A program made the position numbers and the translations under genes. A model generated the notes under the pieces. That model saw only the letters and a list, made by a program, of their open reading frames with translations, had not been told where the DNA came from and did no database searches. Positions 28,601-38,469 of a stretch of DNA of 64,000 bases are shown here, piece after piece. The DNA is from Eledone cirrhosa (taxonomy: Eukaryota): NCBI GenBank assembly GCA_964016885.1, contig OZ024741.1:143654001-143718000 (forward strand), read 5' to 3'. How positions within the stretch are numbered: the first letter of the stretch is position 1; each line of letters starts with the position of its first letter.

Positions 28601-30227
28601 ATTGGGGAATTATGGCTGATGATTTTAGGCATCATCTTCAGGTCGATGATGAAAATTTGATGAAAGCTATTGTTTTGCTCAATATTGAGCAACTGCTTGA
28701 AGTTCATTTCAAATGTTTAACAGATTTCAATTTGCCAATTCCTGATGAAGAAATGCGGCAACGTGTCTTAGCATTGAACATGAGATTGCAGCTTAGACGG
28801 TTGCCACTCGATCGGAGGGAACTATTCCAGTTTGATCCACTATGCCAATGTTGACCCAATCTCAGAGAGAATTAGTCGATGGCGTTCTCCACTCGATTTC
28901 CACTAATGAGCAACTTTGTGCTTTCATAGATGCTCCAGGAGGCACCGGAAAGACATTCTGTTTCAACACTATGTTATCGGCAGTCAGAGCTCAGAGGAAG
29001 ATTGCCCTCCCTGTGGCCACCAGTGGGATCACTGCCACTTTGCTGAGTGGTGGAAGGACCTTCCACTCATGCTTCAAGGCTCCATTGGCTCCGGATGAGT
29101 TGAGTGTCTGTAACATTACAGGATAAAGTTAACTCCCGGGCCTTATACGCAATATGTCTCTGATTATTTGGGACGAGGCTCCAATGGCACACAGATATTT
29201 GCTGGAGGCATTGGACAGAACTTTGAGAGAAATCTGCGGTAGTGACCTGCCATTCAGTGGTAAGACTATCGTTCTTGGTGGCGATTTCTGACAGGTGCTA
29301 CCAATTGTTAGGAATGCTCAAAGAGCGCAAATTGTCGATGCATGTCTGAAAAAGACCCCGTTGTGGCGCCATTTCAGAGTTTTGCGATTACACGATAATA
29401 TGTGACTTCGTATATTTGGGCAAAACGAAGGGGCTGAGACATACGGCCGATGGTTGATGCAGTTGGGAAACGATGAATTGCCACACGTTGATGATAATCA
29501 GACTGTAAGAATCCTAGACCATTTGGTCATGCCACTGGACCGCCAAGCATTGATTGACTGGGTGTTCCCTAATTTGAATGCTTTTTGGCAGAATATCTCC
29601 TGGATATCGGAACGCGTTATTCTAACTCATACAAATGCAACGGTCGATGAAATAATTTCACAAGTAGCCGGAATGTTTCCTGGAGAGGAATGGTTGACCG
29701 TCAGTGCGGATGCAATGGAGCCTAATCAGCAGAACAATATGGATGTTCCGACTGAGTATCTGAATTCACTTCAAATACCCGGATTTCCCCCACATATTTT
29801 GAGGTTGAAAAAGGGTATGCCGATTATATTGCTTAGAAATATCAATCATAAAATGGGTCTTTGCAATGGTACCAGATTAATTGTTGAGAGATTGATTAAC
29901 AGAAGAGTTTTAAAAGCTAAACTCCCAGGCAGAGAGGAATCGGTTCTCATTCCGAGGATCATGCTGAGACCAAGTGAAGATCTGCTGCCATTCATTTGGC
30001 AAAGGAGACAGTTTCCCGTCAATTTGGCCTTCTCCATGACCGTCAACAAGGCACAGGGACAGACTTTCAAGCGAGTCGGTGTCTACTTGAATGATCCAGC
30101 ATTCAGCCATGGGCAACTGTTTGTTGCTGCATTTCGAGTGTGCGATCCTGATGGTATAAAATTTGCAATTGATACCACTAACAGAGGAACAACCCTGAAT
30201 ATTGTCTATAATGAAGCCTTGAGCTGA
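25657..30227 (+). pseudogene. Helitron Rep/PIF1-like helicase (RepHel), disrupted by stops and frameshifts
   Basis: ATG at 25657 is in frame with ORF 25795. Zn-finger CPHCGA...MCCHKG. HUH Rep motifs PDLFITVACNPEW, VIEFQKRGLPHAHLLI and KYLFKYVYKGPD. Helicase motifs [22 protein letters not shown] and RRQFPVNLAFSMTVNKAQGQT. Split over at least five ORFs. Confidence 0.96.
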
Positions 30228-30259
30228 TGTATGTATATCTTTAATGCTATCAATAAGCG

Positions 30260-30592
30260 ACGTAAATGATTCGGACATTGGTGTCCTTTGATCAGTATTG
30301 TAAGCTTTGACAGAGTTATCACTTATGTTCAATGTCATTTAATGTCGTTATGAGCAATAAGAACAAACAAGTATTTGTAAAAATTGCTTTCACTGCTATG
30401 TTGCACAATAAATACCAACAAGTATTGGTAGAAATTGCCTTCACTGCTATGAATATTCAACGTAAATGATTCAGACATTGGTGTCCTTTGATCAGTATTG
30501 TGAGCTTTGACAGAGTTATCATTTATGTTCAATGTCATTTATTGTCGATAATGAGCAATAAAAACCAACAAGTATTGGTAGAAATTGCCTTT
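30260..30592 (+). repeat. About 200-bp tandem duplication with about 50-bp sub-repeats in the Helitron 3' region
   Basis: ACGTAAATGATTC(G/A)GACATTGGTGTCCTTTGATCAG occurs at about 30260 and 30460. A CAATAA..AACAAGTATT..TA.AAATTGC unit occurs three times. Confidence 0.85.
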
Positions 30593-30980
30593 AAATTTAT
30601 CGCTTCTGAGAGCGGTGGTAATAAAACCTTATCATATGCTGAGTCTGGCAAACACTTTGGTGCCTATGGCCGGCCAGTGCTAGAGTAATATTGAAAAACG
30701 ATTCTATTTTCGAAGTAGAAGGATCCGCCATTTCGATTTCAAACCAGGCCACCTCCCCGAGTTGAACTCTGGGCAATATTGATTGTCTATTACTCAGTGG
30801 CTAAGAGCCTGGAAATTACTGAATAAATTTTTGTGTCATATAATTTGTTGTTTTATTATTATAGCTGACCACTTATAGATAAGCATGTTATCCATATCCA
30901 TATTAATTTGGCATTTGTATAAACCATTTCAAGTAAATAGGGACCTTTTTTACATTGACGGACATCTTTTTTATTAATTA

Positions 30981-31336
30981 TCTATATCTATATCTACATA
31001 TAATATAAAAGATTGGAACTTCCATCATCCTTTTGAGAAACGTGGAACAACCACGTCTATGCAATGATACACGTTTTACAGCCAGGCAGAAGATGAACCA
31101 TCTCCTAGAGGTCACTATTCTAGGTGGGAGCACCTAGAATTGTTCATATACTATGCACAAACGGTACAACAAAGAATCTGGTATATCTGGAAGATTTTTT
31201 TTACTGTTTTTTGTATTACACAGACACCATGGACTCGCCTCATACCGTAACCAGACAAACATCCAATACAGTCATTTTCTCTTTTACCTGTCTTCTCTTA
31301 TCTGTTTACCCAGGCGAAGCTGGGTATGTCAGCTAG
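30981..31336 (+). mobile_element. Short non-autonomous Helitron of a second family
   Basis: Has its own 5' end A|TCTATATCTATATCTACATATAATATAAAAG, a remnant helicase C-terminus (VGAPRIVHILCTNGTTKNLVYLE) different from the one ending at 30227, and a terminal hairpin plus CTAG|T. Confidence 0.7.
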
Positions 31337-31894
31337 TCAGTTTTAACATGTACTATTCAATACACATTGTGGCAGCTTTCTTTATGTCACACACATAACT
31401 CAACATACAAAACAGAAAGCAGAGAAACAACCCAATCCTCACCACTCCTGTTAATAATTGAGCAATTTAAATTATAAAAGAAAAGTAGGCCTTACCTGAG
31501 TGTTATGTCCTGGTTGAGCAGGTGAAATAGATTAAGATGTTCATATATTAGTAGTTAGTAGCTGAATTTAGAATGAGGATTTTGTCAACCCATCTCTTTC
31601 TCTTTCTTTCTCCCTTTATTTCTTTGTCTCACACACACTCACACATTAGTATTAGTATTTTTTTTTAATTGTTTAATCAGAGAAAGAAGTGCAGTACCCA
31701 TGACCTTTTTCAGTCATAGAGAGAGACCTATGCCATAAACCTATATGATAAAAACATCTACAACATAGACAGGCTTATGTCATAAACATACCTTCATTAC
31801 AATCAGAAATATGTCAATGATAAGTCAACATACTTTTGTCATACATTATACCATACAGCAAGCAAAACTATTGTGTATAAGGATACATACACTT

Positions 31895-32290
31895 AGTGGT
31901 GGTGGTGGGTAGTAGTAGTGGTGATGGTGGTTGTAATGGTGAAGCTGATGGTGGCAATGGTGGTGATGTTGATGGTAGCAGTGGCAGTGATGATAATGGT
32001 AGTGATATAGTGTAGAATTTTGGATTATAGTGTGGTATAGTGTTCAGGGTGCAGTGTGGAGTAGTATGTTGGTGTGCTATGTGGTGTAGTGTGGAGTAGC
32101 ACTTTGGAGTGGTATGTGTGTGGTCAGGAAGTGCTGTGAGTTGAAATACTTTGGAGATGTGTATGTGTCCAGAGAGTAATGTAGTGTGATATAATAGTGT
32201 GTTGGAAAGAGGAAGAAGTAGTGTATAATGGTGAGAAAAAATGTTAAACAAGTGGTATTCAAATGGTTTATAGTGGTATGCAAGTGTATT
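31895..32290. repeat. GT-rich low-complexity tract (GGT and TAGTG-like); a similar tract lies at 33085-33400
   Basis: Directly visible. Confidence 0.7.
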
Positions 32291-33476
32291 GGGAAATGTA
32301 GCTGGGTGCACCACAAAAATAATTTTTAAATGTGAAAAATACAGAACTGAAACAATTCTAAATATAAAGTCTCAATAACTGTGCTTCATTAATTGAATAA
32401 AGAAGTAAATACTAATTAATTATCCATTGCTTAAATTATTTATAATTATAAGTTAAACTATATGAGGGTGTTATAGTTTGCTTAAAGCATTGTGTAAAGT
32501 GTTGAAAATATTGTTTTGTTTGAAGGCTACCACAATGTAAATTGGACAGTAAATGTTAAAAACCTTACAGTTCTTAATAGGTTTATAATTTGGGATAAAA
32601 TCTCTTAAAATAATTTTCAGTAGTCTAAATTAATGTATATACTTGAATATATGCTGAGAAATAAGTGATTAAAAAATTGATGGTAAAATGGAGGGGTTGA
32701 GACTATATTTGAGGTCAATATTTTACCGATTTTCACTAACTTCAAATTCTTTGCAAATAAGGTGCTAAAATATCTGAACTTCATAAATATATCTTATACT
32801 TATGGGAATTTCAAAACTACGCCATCTAAACATATGTTGATTAGTTAGCTGCCTCGGCTTAATAACAAGGTTTGGATTTTTACCCATTTCTCAGACATAA
32901 AATAGGATAAGGGTAGCTTATATCTGAGTATATACGCTACTTACATTTATAAATTAATATATATATGAAAACAAATGCTTTATTCCATTTTTTCTTCTTT
33001 ATGCACAATGTGTATTAAAATATTTTTCCTTGCTCTACAGTGCACCATGAATACTAAAGATGTTTAGATACAACTGCATTTGACATTGTGGTGTGTTTTG
33101 AATGTGTAGTGTAGACTGCAATAGTGCATTGGAGGTATACAGTGTACTGTGGTGTAGTGCTGATGTGTAGTGTACCATGGTGTAGTGCATTAAGGTGTGC
33201 AGTATATTTTGGTGTAGTGCTGTAGGATGTGTATTGTATTCTGGTGTCATGTGGTGTAGTGCTATGGGATGTGCACTGCACTGTGGTGTGCTTTATTGGG
33301 GGTGTGCCATGCATTGTGGTGTAGTATATTGGTATGTGCATGATGTGTGAGTATGTACATGTCTGTGTGTGTGTGTGTGTATGTGCATGCATGTATGTGT
33401 GAGGAGTGTTAAAGGATAGACCATGCAGTGCACTGATGTTATGTGGGTGAGTGAAGAGTATGACAAAAACACTTAC

Positions 33477-33595
33477 CAACTGGCCATGATAAGCTACTTT
33501 TTCCACCAGGAGCAAACTGGCTGAGGAAAAGAATTTCTTCTTTTGTTCTTTCAATCTCTTGTAGAGTAGAATTGAGGTCCATTTGGCAGAAGTAT
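33477..33595 (-). CDS. CHPF: CHPF internal exon (119 nt): YFCQMDLNSTLQEIERTKEEILFLSQFAPGGKSSLSWPV(G)
   Basis: Acceptor aacAG at 33597-33596 and donor GTAAGT at 33476. Phase 2/1. Ends in the conserved CHPF WPVG motif. Confidence 0.92.
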
Positions 33596-33739
33596 CTGTT
33601 ATATAACAAGAACAAAATAGATTACATAGTGTTAACAATAACAGATTCCAGTCCTTTAAAATCAACAGAAGGCAACTGATATAGTTCGCTTGTGTTAACT
33701 AACTGTGTTAGCCAGGCTGGCAGAGCTAACAATAAAGTA

Positions 33740-34245
33740 TAACTATGAAAGGATGAAAAACAAGATTGACCTCAGCTGGATTTGAAAACAGAACATAGAG
33801 GGCTGTATTGAAATACTGCAATTGCACTATTTCGTTAATCTGCCACTCTTATATGGAAACTAATAATCCTTTTTAATACTATCACAATGTCAGCAATTTT
33901 CGGGAAGCAGGAAGTCAATTATATCGACCCCCAAAAAGATTAAAAGAGAAGTTGACCTTGGCAGGACTTGAACTCAGAACATGGAAAGTCATAACAAAGC
34001 ATTTTATCCAACATGTACCAACTCTACTTCTTTTATGGTAACTAATAATTGTTTCTAATTTAAACACAAGGCCAGCAATTTGTGGGGAGGAGAAGTCAAT
34101 ATAAAATACCAATACTGGTACTTTATATCATCGACCCCAGAAGGGTGATAGGCAAAGTTGACCTCGGCAAGTTTTGAATCCAGAACATGGAAGGCCATAA
34201 CAAATTGTTGCAATGCAGTAACAATTTTGCCAAACCATCGCTCTT
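33740..34245 (-). mobile_element. Three tandem SINE copies inside the short CHPF intron
   Basis: Repeated AAAGTTGACCT...TTTGAA.TCAGAACAT motif, the reverse complement of the SINE head and core. Confidence 0.7.
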
Positions 34246-34444
34246 ATATGGTAACTAATAATACAAATTAAAACTAAAATTTATTCCTTTTTCTACATCT
34301 ACAAGAAGAATGGATTAATCCCCTTCCCGATTAAGCAGTAAAATAGTTTGTTTGGTCTTTTAATGTTTCAGCCCAATAAACAATAATAATGAAAAAGATG
34401 GAATGACAGCAATAGAATAGAAAGTTAAAAAAGAGTGCACTTAC

Positions 34445-34578
34445 TTATGCAGTTTGTAGGCAGATATGTCATCAGGCATTGGTGCAAGAGCTATGGATGG
34501 CTTCAGTCCAGCATTCTGCAGGATCTGCATGTTGTCATAGTCCAGCTCAGCAACTTTCAAGTAACTGTATGTTTGGTC
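34445..34578 (-). CDS. CHPF: CHPF internal exon (134 nt): DQTYSYLKVAELDYDNMQILQNAGLKPSIALAPMPDDISAYKLH(K)
   Basis: Acceptor cacAG at 34580-34579 and donor GTAAGT at 34444. Phase 0/2. The YKLHK|YF junction matches the CHPF motif YxLHxxF. Confidence 0.88.
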
Positions 34579-34859
34579 CTGTGAGGTGCAACAGAGAAAG
34601 TGTGAGTGAAAGCTAGAGGAAACAATCACTAGTGATTGTAGTGACAGCATATTTATATATTTCATTTAAAAACAAATCATAGGAGCACACATAACTATGT
34701 AGTTGAGAGGTTTTCTCTTAACCACATAATTCCATACTAAGTTCATTCATATATCATAAAATGTACTGTGTCTACCTACTCCGTAACTACCATCAATTTT
34801 GATCGCCCTGTACTTTTTTATGCAGCTGTATATATGTATATATATATATATATATGTAA

Positions 34860-34981
34860 AAGGTAAACAGAAATAACAACATAATCGGTACAGTATATGG
34901 AAGGGATATATTAGGTTAACGCTTGATATAGCAGGAAGAGGGTCTTAACGTTTTGGATGCTAGTCCTTCATCAGAAAAAAG
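34860..34981 (-). mobile_element. Penelope-like pLTR remnant with a decayed hammerhead, between two (TA)n tracts
   Basis: Minus strand CTGATGA-AGGA(CTAGCA)TCC-AAAAC-GTTA. The expected GAAAC is mutated to AAAAC. Confidence 0.55.
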
Positions 34982-35127
34982 ATATATATATATATATACA
35001 CATATAAAGAGAGAGGTTAACAGAACAGGGATGTACAGATCACACCATAGTCTGTCGGTTGTGAAGCAGATAAAAAGAAGCGCTCAATGACCTGTATAAA
35101 CGGTACGAGACGGAGCATTATATATTA

Positions 35128-35290
35128 ATTGTTTCTACTTCTGGCACAAGGCCAGCAATTATCCTAGTGTATTACTGGTACTTTATTTTATCGACCCCGT
35201 AAGGATGAAAGACAAAGTTAACCTCGGCGGGATTTGAACTCAGACCATAAAGGGCCGTAACTCTTTGCTGCAAAGCATGGCGCCCGACCC
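35128..35290 (-). mobile_element. SINE copy
   Basis: TTGTTTCTACTT..GGCACAAGGCC...TATCGACCCCGTAAGGATGAAAGACAAAGTTAACCTCGGCGGGATTTGAACTC. Confidence 0.8.
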
Positions 35291-35292
35291 TC

Positions 35293-35744
35293 ATAAAAGA
35301 TCGGAGGCCATATTCAGTTTTATTTCAAACTCCATTATACATATTTCACTGAGAACTATCAATTATGATAGACGGCAAAACCTAAAATAAACATAGAAGG
35401 TTCCTAAGAAACCTTTAAATTTGGAAAAATCTAATAATTTCCAAGAAAAGAGATTTTCTTTTCATGATATAGGGGCTGGCTGAACGCATGGCATACAGGG
35501 GCTAGCCATTGAAGACAATAACACCACACATTCGGTTGGTTCCCTGTATCAGAAAAGAAAATCTTTTTTCTTGGAAATTATTAGATTTTTTCCAAACTTA
35601 AAGGTTTCTTAGGAACTTTCTATGTTTATTTTAGCTTTTGCCGTCTGAAGAGCCAGGCTATCATAATTGATTGTCCTCAGTGAAATATGTATAACAGAGT
35701 TTTAAATAAACCTAAATCAACTGAATATGGCCTCCGATCTTTTA

Positions 35745-35745
<1 letters not shown>
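35293..35745. repeat. Foldback element with imperfect inverted arms of about 180 and 200 bp around a spacer of about 70 bp
   Basis: TAAAAGATCGGAGGCCATATTCAGTT... / ...AACTGAATATGGCCTCCGATCTTTTA. Ends against (TA)n. Confidence 0.9.
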
Positions 35746-35787
<42 letters not shown>

Positions 35788-35914
35788 TTAAGGTAAACAT
35801 TGATGCAATTCAATTCAAGCACTCAACGTACTTATTCCACATAGGAGTGATGGAGTAAATATCGAATAAGGAAAAGTGAAGTAGTTTCAGATGTTCAAGT
35901 CCTTTAATAATAAT

Positions 35915-35988
35915 GCTGTGATATATATTTCAATGGCGACAGTGGCCACACTGTACCGTGCGCCAGTGCCGCGACATCGTCAGACAGC
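35915..35988 (-). ncRNA. Type-I hammerhead ribozyme motif with canonical CUGACGA/GAAA core
   Basis: Minus strand: stem I GCUGU/ACAGC, core CUGACGA, long GC-rich stem II, GAAA, short U(AUAU)A stem III and AUC cleavage triplet. Confidence 0.65.
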
Positions 35989-36117
35989 TTGTTACATAAT
36001 AAAGTTATGTTTCCGAGGCAATCCAAATTGAATCAACATGGGAACGGACGAAGTGTGTGCTCTTGGGTTCTTCGTCCGTTCCCTTGTGAGTACCAATTCA
36101 CCCCCACCGGTCTGCGC

Positions 36118-36170
36118 AGGCCTGAAGGAAGTTGACCATTAGCTACCGCAGAGTTCAACGAAATTCGCCT
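36118..36170 (+). ncRNA. Hammerhead-like motif with variant core
   Basis: Stem I AGGC/GCCU, core CUGAAGGA (extra nucleotide), stem II GUUGA/UCAAC and GAAA-UUC. Abuts (TA)n. Confidence 0.45.
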
Positions 36171-36354
36171 ATATATATATATATACACACACACATACAT
36201 ATATTATATATGTGTGTGTGTGTATATATATATTGCTCACTTACACCTCTCTAAGACAATGTCACTGGATCAAGATCTTAGGCACCATGCAGTTATACAG
36301 AAAACCTGCCTTCTTTTACATACAAACTTTAAGCCAACAGTCAGTAGGCACCTC

Positions 36355-36625
36355 TTAACCCACTTCCGTCCACTGTAAAGTGGTCAAGTAGGTGATACGA
36401 CAAAAAGCACCCAGTCCACACTGTAAAGTGGTCGTGTAGGAGACACGGTAAAAAGGCTCCCAGTCCACACTAGAAATGTGGTTGGTGTTAGGAAGGGCAT
36501 CCAGCCGTAGAAAACCTGCCAGAAACAGTTCTGTATGAGCGAGACACAGTGACTTGACCAATCTTGTCTGAAGTGGGACAAACCCGTCCAACCCATGCTA
36601 AACGATGATAATGATGATGATGATC
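36355..36625 (+). mobile_element. Second SINE-like family (GGAAGGGCATCCAGCCGTAGAAA...AACCCATGCTA...(GAT)n tail) with a short internal triplication
   Basis: CCCAGTCCACACTGTAAAGTGG-like unit three times. Related sequence at about 3080-3300 (+), 23215-23500 (-), 36640-36750 (-) and 63380-63450 (-). Confidence 0.65.
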
Positions 36626-37083
36626 TTCATCCTTCCATCATTGTTTTTACTTTGAATTTTCCATGCTGGCATTGGCTGGATGGTATGTTTTGAGACAATG
36701 TTTTACAACCAGATGCCCTTCCTGACACCAATCCTTTTAGTCACCTCATACAATGCACAGGGGATATGGTGTATCTATTTTAAAAACAAAGATACACATA
36801 TGCACTTACACATATATATATATACACACACACACTCACAGCATATTGAGTTATGTACAATGTATCATTTCCCCTGCTTCTCAATTGTTTCACCATAAAA
36901 CTAAGAACATGAGGACTTGGTCAATGATAGCTCTAGTGGTGGTGGTGAGGGTAATGGTGGTGGTAGTGCTGCTGCTGATGGCAGTGACGGTGGTGGTGAT
37001 ACTGAAGGTGGTGGTAATGTTGATAGTGATGAGGATGATGATGATGATGACACTGGTGACAATATGGGTGTAGCTGATGTGGA

Positions 37084-37536
37084 TATGGGTAGGGACCCCA
37101 TCCTCATAATAGTATGAAGGACACTAAAAAGTAATTCAGTAATTATGATTATGTAGGCAAGAACAATCAAGAAGTTCAGGGGTGTAAGAGGGGGTGGGGA
37201 ATCAGGGTTATTCAGCTAATCAACTATGCCTTCACCCTCATACTCCCCTCAACTCCCTACCCGTAGCCTTCCTGCTATATTTGAAATAATTGTTTCTACT
37301 TTTAGCACAAGGCCAGCAATTGTCCCAGTGCATTATTGGTGCTTCTATTTTATCGACTGCCGTAAGGATGAAAGATAAAGTTAACCTCAGTGGGACTTGA
37401 ACTCAGGACATAAGGGCTTAGTTCAAATCTCATCTACACCCAGGAACTTCTTGATTGTTCTTGCCTACATAATCATAATTACTGAATTATTTTTAGTGTC
37501 CTTCATACTGTTATGAGGATGGGGTCTCTACCCATA
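37084..37536. mobile_element. MITE-like element with about 105-bp inverted termini and a nested SINE
   Basis: TATGGGTAGGGACCCCATCCTCATAA... / ...TTATGAGGATGGGGTCTCTACCCATA, with TA at both ends. Confidence 0.7.
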
Positions 37537-37559
37537 AAGGCTATATTAGAAATAATAAT

Positions 37560-37980
37560 AATTGTTTCTACTTTTGGCACAAGGCTAATAATTTGATGGG
37601 GAGGGAAAGTCAATTAAATCAGTCCCAGTGTGTAACTGGTATTTTATTTTCTCGACCCCACAAGGATGAAAGACAAAGTTAACCTCGCCAGGATTTGAAC
37701 TCAGAACATAAAGGGTCTTAACTATATGTCGCAAACCATGTTATCTGAGGTTCTGCCGATACTATAAATAATAATAGTTTCTGATTTATGCACAAGGCCA
37801 ACAATTTGGGGTTAGCGGAAAGCCGATTATATTGGACCCAAAGCGTTACTGGTGCTTTATTTTATTGACACTGTAAGGTTGAAAAGCAAAGTTAACCTCA
37901 GCGGGATTTGAACTCATAAGGTAAAGAGCCAAACATATGTTGCAAACCATGTTATCTGATGTTCTACTGATACTGTCAAC
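37560..37980 (-). mobile_element. Two tandem SINE copies
   Basis: Same core as 35128-35290. Further copies lie at about 3730-3880, 21355-21450, 37285-37420, 41100-41280 and 42491-42650. Confidence 0.75.
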
Positions 37981-38469
37981 CCACAGTATCTGTAGAGCGT
38001 TGGAGGGTAAGTGTAGGAGGAGGTTGTTCTCTTATTGGAAAGGTTCACATTATTTTTGTCTATTTCATTGTTTCTTCATGCCTAGTTTTCTCACACTCAA
38101 TTTTATGTTAACTCCAGCACCCCTCCTCCCCTGTAAGACATCCTCCACCATCCCTATTAACACTGTGTTGTTGGTGAAGGTGGGGAAGTTATAAATGTCA
38201 GTGGTGGATGTTTTACATCCAATTCTTGTCTGGTGAAAAGAAATATGGCATTGAAAATAAGAATAATGATGATGATTTCTTTATTAGCCACAAAGGCTTG
38301 CAGATACAATGCAAAGAATATTATAAACAAGGAGTCACAATACACGTGGGATAGAACAGGACAAAATTTTGGGGCATCTTTAAAACCTGGTGAACCAACT
38401 CCCTTTCCAGTTCTGCCAATTTCTGAGAGAGGGAAATATATATATATATAATACAGTATATAGAGAATT

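Larger units (their letters stand above)
25199..31336 (+). mobile_element. Helitron (rolling-circle transposon), decayed autonomous and probably compound
   Basis: 5' A|TCTATTTATTAATTTC at 25199. 3' hairpin TACCCAG-GCGAAG-CTGGGTA followed by CTAG|T at 31333-31337. Contains a RepHel pseudogene. Confidence 0.85.

Noticed and set aside
30661-30684. GGCCGGCCAGTGCTAG as the Helitron 3' terminus
   Set aside because: It is followed by A rather than T and has no convincing hairpin. Kept only as an alternative.
31496-31510. Possible micro-exon (ccAG|GACATAACACTCAG|GTAAG on the minus strand)
   Set aside because: 14 nt would shift the frame between two phase-1 junctions, and the flanking exons already join as WPVG-VP.
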